Source: Candidatus Altimarinota bacterium (GTDB lineage: Bacteria > Patescibacteriota > Gracilibacteria > 1-14-2-50-48-13). Taken from it: a DNA stretch of 64,000 bases. Within the stretch, counting starts at the first letter, position 1. The number at the start of each line of letters is the position of its first letter. The stretch lies in the NCBI GenBank assembly GCA_046314355.1, contig JBKBWQ010000001.1, positions 640,001 to 704,000 on the forward strand, in the 5' to 3' direction. Made by a program: the position numbers and the translations under genes. The notes under the pieces were generated by a model that did no database searches, was not told where the DNA came from, and worked only from the letters and a program-made list of their open reading frames with translations. Shown piece by piece: positions 50,410-59,025 of the stretch.

Positions 50410-51840
50410 TCAATACGCCTTTGCAAAGAATATCCGTCTCTTACTCTCTTTTCCGCAATACACACAGTTTCCCTTTTCATCCTTCTCATCAAACAGTCTG
50501 CATCTCGTAGTCGCCTTTGTCTCTTCTTTGATCTTCGCTTCACAATCAGCACTCTCGCACCAGTGAGCATGTACGAATCCGTCCTCTGCTTCTATATGCT
50601 TCTTAAAGTCATCATAATTTTCTACTTTGTGAGTATGGCTATCTCTGAATCCTCTAGCAGTAGAGTACATAGACTCTTGAATACTAGTAAGTAATTCAGG
50701 AAGTTTTTGCACTATATCACTCATAGCAATAATTTCTTTTTCTCCAGTATCTCTTCGAGCTGCCACTACCTGTGAAGCCGCAAAATCCCGTGGTCCTATT
50801 TCTACTCTCACTGGTACTCCCTTCAACTCCCATTCAAAGAATTTTGCTCCAGGAGACATATAATCCCGAGTATCAACCTCAATACGAACATTTGGAAGTG
50901 CTTTCTTGATTTCTTCAGCAACACCAAGTACCTGAGCTTTTTCTTCATCAGTCTTTCCAATAGGTACAATAACTACCTGTGTTGGAGCTATGACTGGAGG
51001 CAATTGTAGTCCTTTGTCATCTCCGTGTACTACTACCAATGCTCCTATTACTCTTGTGGTAAGTCCCCAAGATGTTTGCCATACATATTCGAGTTCATTT
51101 TTTTCATTTTGAAACTCAATACCGATGGATTTTGAGAAGCTCTGCCCTAAGAAGTGAGAAGTACATCCTTGAATTGCTTTTCCGTCCTTTGCGAGAGCTT
51201 CAACAGTTGTCGTATATACTGCTCCTGGAAATTTTTCCCCTTCACTTTTCTTCCCTACATATCCAGGTATCGCGAGAAATTTAGAATAGAATTCATCATA
51301 CATCTCAATAGCACGCATCGTTTCTTTTTCTGCCTCATCAGCTGTAGCATGACAAGTATGTCCTTCCTGCCAAAGAAACTCTGTAGTTCGTAAGAAAAGA
51401 CGTGTTCTCTTTTCCATTCGAACTACATTTGCCCATTGATTAATAAGAAGCGGTAGATCTCTATGACTATGTATCCAGTCTTTAAATGTAGCATACATAA
51501 TAGTCTCAGAAGTAGGTCGAATAACAAGAGGCTCCTCAAGTTTTTCATTACCTACATGAGTAACAGTTGCAAGTTCAGGAGCAAATCCTTCCACATGTTC
51601 TGCTTCACGGTCAATAAAACTCTTTGGAATGAAAAGAGGAAAATAAGCATTTTTTACCCCTGCTGCTTTAATCTTACTATTCAGCTCAGTCTGAATATTT
51701 TCCCAAAGTGCGTAGCCGTAAGGTTTAATCACCATACATCCTTTTACAGGAGAGTAATCCGCAAGACCAGCCTGCAGAATTACGTCTGTATACCATTTTG
51801 AGAAATCTTCTTTTTGAGAAGTGAGTTTTTGTTGTGCCAT
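50410..51840 (-). CDS. proS: Proline--tRNA ligase, archaeal/eukaryote type
   Basis: IRPTSET, FLRTTEFLWQEGHT, C-terminal Zn domain ending FAKAY; no INS editing domain. Confidence 0.97.
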   Translation of the reverse strand: MAQQKLTSQKEDFSKWYTDVILQAGLADYSPVKGCMVIKPYGYALWENIQTELNSKIKAAGVKNAYFPLFIPKSFIDREAEHVEGFAPELATVTHVGNEKLEEPLVIRPTSETIMYATFKDWIHSHRDLPLLINQWANVVRMEKRTRLFLRTTEFLWQEGHTCHATADEAEKETMRAIEMYDEFYSKFLAIPGYVGKKSEGEKFPGAVYTTTVEALAKDGKAIQGCTSHFLGQSFSKSIGIEFQNEKNELEYVWQTSWGLTTRVIGALVVVHGDDKGLQLPPVIAPTQVVIVPIGKTDEEKAQVLGVAEEIKKALPNVRIEVDTRDYMSPGAKFFEWELKGVPVRVEIGPRDFAASQVVAARRDTGEKEIIAMSDIVQKLPELLTSIQESMYSTARGFRDSHTHKVENYDDFKKHIEAEDGFVHAHWCESADCEAKIKEETKATTRCRLFDEKDEKGNCVYCGKESKRRIFFAKAY

Positions 51841-51960
51841 GGGTGTGTATTCTAAATAACGATAGTACAGGTACTATAGGGAAAAATCACCAAATGTACA
51901 AGGAATGATTTCACTACTACAACCTAGCACACTGGAGTTCCGTCCAATAATTCGATGAAT

Positions 51961-52356
51961 CTATAAGCCTTTCAATTTCTCAAGCCCCCCTTTCCTTTTC
52001 ACAATATTTTTATAATCCCACTGAATATTTTCAGATTTTTGAAGCCAGATACGAAGATCTTCAGTATTTACTTCTTGTACATTTTTATACCTTTTTTGGG
52101 CAGCCTTAAAAGTACCCTCTATTTCTAAGCCAGTCTCATCAAAGGATTGTCCGCTCCAAAAGAGTAGTTGAATATCATTTTTACGTTTAGCATACCCTAC
52201 AATCGGATTTCCTTCCAGGAACCATACAGGATGACTATGCCAGACTTTGCTTTCGGCTTTAGGCAAAGAAGCATCGATTTCTGATGCTAAAAGATCACAT
52301 ATCGCTTTATCATCAGGAAGCTGTAATTCGTTGTATTGTATGATATCTTGATGCAT
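51961..52356 (-). CDS. DUF1801 family protein
   Basis: KVWHSHPVWFLEGNPIVGY, LLFWSGQSF, QWDYKNIVKRKG. Confidence 0.82.
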   Translation of the reverse strand: MHQDIIQYNELQLPDDKAICDLLASEIDASLPKAESKVWHSHPVWFLEGNPIVGYAKRKNDIQLLFWSGQSFDETGLEIEGTFKAAQKRYKNVQEVNTEDLRIWLQKSENIQWDYKNIVKRKGGLEKLKGL

Positions 52357-52534
52357 TGTGGGAATAGTTATGAAATTAGCGAGTGAATTATAGTAAGTAT
52401 ACCGGAACTTTGTCATAAAAATAGCCTTTTCAATTACTAATTACTACTTACTCAATTACTGAGCCCTCACTTCCCCTTGCTTTTCCCCGGCTTTTTCGTA
52501 TTGTAGAATAGTTCTTTCACAGAATAGAAATTGT

Positions 52535-52611
52535 GCCCGCGTAGCTCAGCTGGATAGAGTACTTGGCTTCGAACCAAGGGGTCGTAGGTTCGAACCCTGC
52601 CGCGGGTACCA
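52535..52611 (+). tRNA. tRNA-Arg(UCG)
   Basis: GCCCGCG/CGCGGGT acceptor; loop CTTCGAA; encoded CCA. Confidence 0.95.
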
Positions 52612-52630
52612 GAATTTTCTTCGAAAATTC

Positions 52631-52714
52631 GAGTACTTAGTAGTGAGTACTTTGTAATTAGTACGCCCTTTTTATAATGAGCCACTAATTACTAACTACA
52701 AACTACTATCACTC
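52631..52714. repeat. Inverted heptamer repeats between the two tRNAs
   Basis: GAGTACT TAGTAGT GAGTACT TTGTAAT TAGT ... ACTAATT ACTAACT ACAAACT ACTATCACTC. Confidence 0.55.
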
Positions 52715-54425
52715 ACGCGAAGCGTATATGCACTCGTAGCTCAGCTGGATAGAGCGTTGGTTTGCGGAACCAAAGGTCGTAGGTTCGAACCCTGTCGAGT
52801 GCACCATATAGAAATTTTAAGGTACTCAACATAGTGTTAAGCTTGTTTGATGCAGGCTTTTTTGGTTCGACCACGCTAATACTCTTCTCTCCTTTAGGTT
52901 TGGCGAACCGAAACAGGATCTTTATTTTTAATTTTCCTTCTTCACTGTAGTAAGCCTCTATTCGTTCAACAAGGACAGAAATAATTGTACGTCTTTGCTC
53001 AAAGCTTAGATCATCTACTTTATCCTTAAAGTATAGAGCAAAGCCTTCAATCGCTTTGAAGGTCATTTCATGGTTAATGAGTCGCTCAAGTTCATCTAAT
53101 AGGGCTTGTTCACTTTTCATACAATCATTAATTGTTTTCTGATACTCAGCTTGCTTTCTATCCCTAAATTCTTCAGAAATACTTCCCTTATAGTAATCTT
53201 CCATAAGCCTCTCAAAAGATTTTTCAGCAATCTCCTTTTGTCTGACAACGTTCTCTATTTCACGCTGTTTACCTCGAACGTGGACTTTGGTGACAATTTG
53301 TTTTTTATAAATCGCAAAAAACTTTTTAGGGTTATTTATAGCCATCAGTACATGGTTCCACACAAAATTATCAATTACCTCTCCTGGTATCTCTAAATTG
53401 CTATACCTTAAACCATCCTCACGAATAAAAGCCTTATGACGATACGAATGCCCTCCTTTGGGTCTCATATATCCAATAAATTTCCTCTTTGATATTGGAT
53501 TATATATTTTTCTTGAAAGTAGGTACTCACGTTGTCCTCCTCCTTTATTACCACTAGTTTCTGTAATCTCATGAATAATCTCCTTAGCTTGGTCAAAAAC
53601 TACCTTCGTAATGATCTGTGGTGCCTTCTCTCTTACAACTCCATGATCCTTGAATGTGATCTCTCTATACCCCAAATAAATGCTATTTTTTAATATATCT
53701 TTAATAGATGTATCATACCATTGGGTATCCTTCACCTTAGAGCCTCGTTGATTAGACTTAGGGACATGTAGCTTATTCATTTCTATAGCAATTTCACCGT
53801 AGTTCTTGCGTTCAAGTATAAACCAAAAAAAGATCTGCTTTACCCATTTAGCTTCTTCAGGGATTACTTCAAGCTGTGAGCCTTTCTTATCTATATTTTT
53901 CACTTTTTTGTACCCATATGGTACAGCTGAACCCGTATAGTTACCAAGCCGAGCAGAGGCAATCTTCCCTTCCATCGTGCGAGTTTTTATTGTTTCTCTT
54001 TCAAACTCAGCCAAAGCACCAAAGATCTGGAATGTAAGCTTACCAATAGGACCAGTAAAATCTACATTCTCTTTGAGAGAATAGAAACTTACTCCATACT
54101 TCTGCATCTCTTCAAAAGCAAACAATAGATGTGAAAGATTACGGGACAAGCGGTCAATCTTCCATACAGCAACTAGGTCCACTTCTTTACGCTTCACACA
54201 CTCCATTAGTTCCTTGAATTTTGGACGGTTTAAATCTGCACCACTTAGCCCCTCATCAATAAATTCCCATTTCTTCTCATGGACCCAGTTATGTAATTTA
54301 CTGCGGTATTTTACTAGCTCATTTAGTCCATCAAGTTGCATAGCTAAGCCAAAGCCTTCTACTTGCTCTTCCGTAGAAACTCGGAGGTAAAAAGCTACTC
54401 GTACAGGTTTTTTGTCTTCTTCCAT
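52713..54425 (-). CDS. Large serine recombinase/integrase; ORF extends antisense through tRNA-Arg(GCG)
   Basis: YLRVSTEEQ, DEGLSGA, KIDRLSR, AEFERETI, VPYGY, coiled coil, RRTIISVLVERI. Confidence 0.92.
   Translation of the reverse strand: MEEDKKPVRVAFYLRVSTEEQVEGFGLAMQLDGLNELVKYRSKLHNWVHEKKWEFIDEGLSGADLNRPKFKELMECVKRKEVDLVAVWKIDRLSRNLSHLLFAFEEMQKYGVSFYSLKENVDFTGPIGKLTFQIFGALAEFERETIKTRTMEGKIASARLGNYTGSAVPYGYKKVKNIDKKGSQLEVIPEEAKWVKQIFFWFILERKNYGEIAIEMNKLHVPKSNQRGSKVKDTQWYDTSIKDILKNSIYLGYREITFKDHGVVREKAPQIITKVVFDQAKEIIHEITETSGNKGGGQREYLLSRKIYNPISKRKFIGYMRPKGGHSYRHKAFIREDGLRYSNLEIPGEVIDNFVWNHVLMAINNPKKFFAIYKKQIVTKVHVRGKQREIENVVRQKEIAEKSFERLMEDYYKGSISEEFRDRKQAEYQKTINDCMKSEQALLDELERLINHEMTFKAIEGFALYFKDKVDDLSFEQRRTIISVLVERIEAYYSEEGKLKIKILFRFAKPKGEKSISVVEPKKPASNKLNTMLSTLKFLYGALDRVRTYDLWFRKPTLYPAELRVHIRFA
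52730..52806 (+). tRNA. tRNA-Arg(GCG)
   Basis: GCACTCG/CGAGTGC acceptor; loop TTGCGGA; encoded CCA. Confidence 0.95.
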
Positions 54426-54452
54426 GCAGTAAAAAAAAAGAATGATACAGGT

Positions 54453-54481
54453 ATTGTATACATCTTTTTTCTTCCTCTCAA
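54453..54481 (-). promoter_or_regulatory. Sigma70-like promoter of the recombinase overlapped by an inverted repeat
   Basis: TTGAGA-17-TACAAT on the minus strand; AAAAGAATGATACA / TGTATACATCTTTT arms span the -10. Confidence 0.5.
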
Positions 54482-54504
54482 CGTTTCTCTTTAATCTTTC
54501 ATAC

Positions 54505-54705
54505 TTAACCTTGTGGAGCTCTTGTATCTTTTAAGATTACACGCAGTATAAATTCATCATCTTCTTCTCTCTTATCTTCAGGAATTTCATCATCAAAAAC
54601 AGCCTCTATTTCAATTATATGGGTCCTTCTCCCCATTGGAGGTATTACTAGAATAGAAGGATTATCCTGCTTATTCTGCGCTGTTTTAAGAGGTTTTTTC
54701 TTCAC
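54505..54705 (-). CDS. Small hypothetical protein upstream of the recombinase
   Basis: 66-aa ORF, co-oriented; basic N-terminus, acidic C-terminus. Confidence 0.45.
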   Translation of the reverse strand: MKKKPLKTAQNKQDNPSILVIPPMGRRTHIIEIEAVFDDEIPEDKREEDDEFILRVILKDTRAPQG

Positions 54706-54785
54706 AAAAAATCAAGATAGGATTTGTTGTAGTGATCCTACTGATTTAAATTATGACCTCGTGACATCAGAAACCAGAAGTAATG

Positions 54786-55496
54786 TCACAACCAACCAAT
54801 CCTTTGTTTTATCTCTTCTAATTTTCTATGAGAGATCTGACGTACATTTGCCGCCCTACGAGTGTCTGTTTGTTCATCCCCTTCAGGATAAACTTCTGCA
54901 ACAATATCCTTCGATGAATACTTATATTCTTCATCAAATGTTTTCACTTTCTTCCCTCTTTGCTGAGATTTTTCTAATATCATCTTATCTCTATTAGCAT
55001 TCTTTTTTGGTCTATGTACTATAGCTTTATTAGGCTCTGAGAAATTTCTAATAATCTCCATGAGTTCATTAGAAACTAACAATTCTTTCTGAGACGGTTT
55101 ACGGTATGTAGCAATTGAAAGTGTACTCGGTTGATTATTCTCATAATGACGAACAACCTCGGCATTAGCTACTGGAGCCGTAATTTCATTAAAAATCACA
55201 TAAGTTTCTATAGCTCTTCTGTAGCGCTTATCCACTTTAAGCTCATGACACCTTTGATGTAGTTTATTGATGTCTTCGCACCAATCTTCAATCTTCTCAT
55301 CTAAGTTTATATACCATTCAGTTTTTTGCTCACCACCTTTTACAGTGAAAGGAAAACCTTCTAAAGGTATATTATAGCATTTACGAAGCTCTGTGACATT
55401 TTCTTTAAATGCTGGAATCTGAACAAGCAATTCCATTAGGTTGAGATTTGCTTGGTAAACATTCTTATCAAAGTCTTCATTCTCAATCTGTTTCAT
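54786..55496 (-). CDS. Hypothetical protein, possibly DNA-binding
   Basis: Overlaps the OLD gene end by 14 nt; basic, HTH-like C-terminus (YSSKDIVAEVY...ANVRQISHR). Confidence 0.65.
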   Translation of the reverse strand: MKQIENEDFDKNVYQANLNLMELLVQIPAFKENVTELRKCYNIPLEGFPFTVKGGEQKTEWYINLDEKIEDWCEDINKLHQRCHELKVDKRYRRAIETYVIFNEITAPVANAEVVRHYENNQPSTLSIATYRKPSQKELLVSNELMEIIRNFSEPNKAIVHRPKKNANRDKMILEKSQQRGKKVKTFDEEYKYSSKDIVAEVYPEGDEQTDTRRAANVRQISHRKLEEIKQRIGWL

Positions 55497-57489
55497 GACT
55501 TCTAGTTAGATCTTGAATATCATTCCAATGGACAATTTGCATGTGCAATTTTTCAATCATGGAAATTAAGACTTGGTTATCTTTGAGGTCTTGTATAACC
55601 ATGTTTTTGGTAACTTTTAATGCAAACCTTTTCTTGGCCTTAGTATAACGATCTTGATATTTTTCATCTAGAGATTTCTCAAATGGTTGACCTCTTTTAT
55701 TCATTTCATAGGTATCAGGTACAATGTCATCTTTATATGCCCTGACCAAGCAATCTCTAGTTAAGTAATTCTCTATTTCAGTTCCATCTGTTATCCATCC
55801 AAATCCATGTCCCTTATTAGCTTCTGCCTCAATCTTAATTTTAGTTGACCACATATTATCTGTTTCACTATCTCTATCCATCAATACAACCGCATTTCTA
55901 TTTATATGTAACATACTTATAAAGTCTTGATTAGCTTCTTCTACTTCGTCTATCCAATCTTGATCCAAATCAAAATTTGAAAGTACTTTTCCACCGTAAA
56001 ATAGTATTGAAAAATCTCTACCCTCAACAACTTTTGTAATATTTTCATTTAATGCTTGAAAAAGGTTTAGCCACTTTAGAAGATATATTCTATCTGAAGG
56101 ACCTTCCACCCATATAATTCCATTTGACTGCAATAGATCAGAAGCAAATATACCCAGCTCCCTACAAAGGTCTGACATAGAATTACAGTCTCCATTATCA
56201 TTAAAAATATTTTCTACTCTGCTGAATGTTTCCTTTGCATCCATCGAAACCTTTATAATTTTCGTTGAAGTTCTTATTTTCAGTAATGGATCAATAAACG
56301 TATTTGAGTGAGTCGTAATGAAAAATTGGTATCCATACTTTTTACTTTGATCCATTAAAAACCTTATGAATGCTCTTTGTAGCTTTGGATGGAAGTGTGA
56401 TTCAGGTTCTTCAATTAAAATTAATGAATTCTCTGTCGATAGAATAATCTCGAGAGACATATAAATTAATTGTTCAAGACCAGCTCCAAGTTGCGAAAGC
56501 GGAAGTATCTTATCATCAAGACTTAGCTCAATAGCATACTGTGTACTCTCATTTATATCTGGAAATATGAGCTCTAGCCTATCTATTTGATTTTCAGGTA
56601 TGGAAGGAAAAAGTAGTTCTCTAAGCATTTGCTTAACTTGTAGGAATTTCTTTCGTTCGGCGATTCTACCGTCTCTAAGATTCATTAATCTCTGGACAAT
56701 TCTACCTTCTAAATCATCTTTTAATTCATTATGTCTCTTCTCAAATAAAAGAGGATATATTCCTCTTAATGGTTGAATGGTTGTCAAACGATTACTAGAG
56801 ATGCTACGCAAGACCCTTTTCAACACTATGCCTACATCACCAAACATAGACCTCGCCTTAACAGCTATACCTTCAGGTACGTGGCGACTAACAGGATCCA
56901 TTGCACTAATAATTCCTCTCGATTCATGTACGCTAATTACCAAATTTTCTTCTATATCAAACAACGTATACTCTCTACCATTCTCAGAATCAGGGATAGA
57001 TAATCCAATAAGTTCTGCCTGCAATTCCATTTGATGAATTTCCTTTATCTTAAATTTAAATTTTAAAGATTTTTCTTCTCTTTCTGATTCTTCCCATAAT
57101 GTGGGTATAATTTTTATTTGACGTTGCCCTGCATTAAAAAATGGTAGAATAGTTTTTATTTCATCAGCTTCTTCTTTTGTAAAAACCAAAGCAAAAGAAA
57201 TATATAATTCTTTTGGAATTTTCTGCATATAAAAAAGATCCTCAATTTTTCTTATAAAACTAAGCTTAGTCTTAATATCATCAATACCTATTACATGAGT
57301 AAAGTGTTCCCTATTATTCCATTCAGCAGAAAACAAGATATAATGAATGAATAGTAACGATTTTAAAACATTAGATTTACCTTCATTGTTTGGTCCTATA
57401 ATCAAATTATATTTATCAAAAGTGACATCTAAAGGGTGTTCTTCTGAAAAACTAAGCATATTACTAATATGTAGACTTTGTATTTTCAT
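55483..57489 (-). CDS. OLD-family ABC ATPase-TOPRIM nuclease
   Basis: IGPNNEGKSN, LGAGLEQ, LIEEPESHFHP, ITTHS; TOPRIM VEGPSD and DRD, EIENY. Confidence 0.88.
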   Translation of the reverse strand: MKIQSLHISNMLSFSEEHPLDVTFDKYNLIIGPNNEGKSNVLKSLLFIHYILFSAEWNNREHFTHVIGIDDIKTKLSFIRKIEDLFYMQKIPKELYISFALVFTKEEADEIKTILPFFNAGQRQIKIIPTLWEESEREEKSLKFKFKIKEIHQMELQAELIGLSIPDSENGREYTLFDIEENLVISVHESRGIISAMDPVSRHVPEGIAVKARSMFGDVGIVLKRVLRSISSNRLTTIQPLRGIYPLLFEKRHNELKDDLEGRIVQRLMNLRDGRIAERKKFLQVKQMLRELLFPSIPENQIDRLELIFPDINESTQYAIELSLDDKILPLSQLGAGLEQLIYMSLEIILSTENSLILIEEPESHFHPKLQRAFIRFLMDQSKKYGYQFFITTHSNTFIDPLLKIRTSTKIIKVSMDAKETFSRVENIFNDNGDCNSMSDLCRELGIFASDLLQSNGIIWVEGPSDRIYLLKWLNLFQALNENITKVVEGRDFSILFYGGKVLSNFDLDQDWIDEVEEANQDFISMLHINRNAVVLMDRDSETDNMWSTKIKIEAEANKGHGFGWITDGTEIENYLTRDCLVRAYKDDIVPDTYEMNKRGQPFEKSLDEKYQDRYTKAKKRFALKVTKNMVIQDLKDNQVLISMIEKLHMQIVHWNDIQDLTRSHETD

Positions 57490-57545
57490 GAATTATCTGT
57501 AGTTAATTTAAGAATACTATAAGCCATACTAGTGAAAATAAGGCT

Positions 57546-57577
57546 AAAAAAAAGACCTTGTTAGAACAAGGTCTTTT
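57546..57577 (-). terminator. Terminator after the SLH-DUF4352 gene
   Basis: AAAAGACCTTGTT-ag-AACAAGGTCTTTT. Confidence 0.8.
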
Positions 57578-57582
57578 AGACT

Positions 57583-58305
57583 TTATAAATTCACATAAAA
57601 CTGTCCAAGCTTCCCATAGTCTATTTCATACTTCAGATCTTTCAATGTCGCATCTATAGGAACCTCAAAAGCAACATATCCACGTGTCTCTCTTGTATTC
57701 TCAAGCTCTCCACTGCTTAGAAGAGGAGTTTTGTCTGTCACTGCCATCTGGTATGCGTAACTATCCTTGTCATAAAGGGTAAAGTTATAAGCATTATAGG
57801 AAATTGTTTTTCCACTATTATTACTGATCCGAACATCTGCAATAACATACTTCTTTCCTGCATCTGCTTTAAACAAAGATGATGAATAATCTGCCACACT
57901 ACTTACTGTAAGAGTGACGCCATTTAAAGTACCCGCAGAGTTGAGGCTGATTGTTTTAGATGTCTCAGTCGTATTTACATTTGTGTTTCCGTTAGAGGTA
58001 GTCGTAGTAGGATTTTTTAACATCGTATCTATCTGTGCCTTCGTATAGTAGTTTTTTGCTACGTACGCATTGTATCTATTCCACATTGCAGAAAGCTCCG
58101 CACGGTTTACGTTGTTTCCTGGTTTGAAGGTCCCATCGGGATTACCTCGTATAACGTCCCAATCTACCATTTTCTGGACATCGTTATAGAACCAGTCACT
58201 TGGACTGACATCGCTAAAACTCATTTGAGCTGCGAACGTTGCACCCACTCCGAAGAGAGAACCAACGAGAAATATTGCTGTGCCTACTGCCATTGTTTTT
58301 TTCAT
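57583..58305 (-). CDS. Secreted SLH + DUF4352-like protein (start MKKTM at 58305)
   Basis: Signal peptide; SLH FSDV..DWFY..GNPDGTFKP..VNRAE; V.ISNNS...F.LYD..GEL..TRGYVAFEVP. Confidence 0.8.
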   Translation of the reverse strand: MKKTMAVGTAIFLVGSLFGVGATFAAQMSFSDVSPSDWFYNDVQKMVDWDVIRGNPDGTFKPGNNVNRAELSAMWNRYNAYVAKNYYTKAQIDTMLKNPTTTTSNGNTNVNTTETSKTISLNSAGTLNGVTLTVSSVADYSSSLFKADAGKKYVIADVRISNNSGKTISYNAYNFTLYDKDSYAYQMAVTDKTPLLSSGELENTRETRGYVAFEVPIDATLKDLKYEIDYGKLGQFYVNL

Positions 58306-58330
58306 AGTTTTTGAAAAAAAGGGATAAAAA

Positions 58331-58463
58331 CAAAAAGGACGTACATGGCTGATCCAATACGCTTGCCCATAAGGTAGCCTTACTGGCATGTACGCCCACC
58401 TCTGGCAGTAAAGCCTTAGGAAAGAACGTTCCTTATGGAATTGGTAAACTATATTGGATCAGC
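58331..58463 (-). ncRNA. Candidate structured 5' leader RNA (multi-stem with pseudoknot or terminator switch)
   Basis: Four complementary helix pairs seen directly; predicted start point coincides with the first paired base. Confidence 0.6.
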
Positions 58464-58469
58464 ACGAAG

Positions 58470-58497
58470 ATAGTAGCAGAAACAGAATCTTTTGCAA
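58470..58497 (-). promoter_or_regulatory. Promoter for the leader RNA and SLH gene
   Basis: TTGCAA-16-TACTAT with extended TG. Confidence 0.55.
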
Positions 58498-58502
58498 TTA
58501 TA

Positions 58503-58552
58503 GTTTTCAACGTTGGAAACCCTCATTTCAGGGAGTTTCCAACGTTGAAAAC
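58503..58552. repeat. Perfect 18-bp inverted repeat with self-palindromic arms
   Basis: GTTTTCAACGTTGGAAAC (58503-58520) / GTTTCCAACGTTGAAAAC (58535-58552). Confidence 0.85.
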
Positions 58553-59025
58553 CCCTAAGTATTTTAGAAAATACAGACCTAAAATTGACATATTTGTAAA
58601 TTAACAGCTAATCTCACCAAAGTACTGATTTAGCTCAAGCAAATCCAACCACAGATGCTAAATTATTACACATTTACAATACATGTATTTTATTTTTTTA
58701 TTCTATCTATCATTTGCGGTATGTCTGCTTAAAAAAGAGATATTTATATTTCATAGCATAAACATATCTTCTCTTTTGTGAGAGCTAACTTTACCTATTT
58801 TTACATTCATATTTATAAATAAGAATAACCTTTATCTTTAAGTAAATCCAACCAAGTATTTATACTTTACAGTATACTTTTTCTCCTTTCTTATTACAAT
58901 TTCTATATAAATCCCATTTTAGAGATAATCTCAATTATAAAAAAGCTTTAGAAACTGTATTATTTTGACTTATTCATGACCTGAATCTTATAAAATAGCT
59001 TAAATCTCTACCACCTCACTTATAA

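Noticed and set aside
52467-52685. 72-aa ORF
   Set aside because: Antisense translation of tRNA-Arg(UCG) and flanking repeats
55483-57489. Gabija or retron system
   Set aside because: No UvrD helicase or reverse transcriptase nearby
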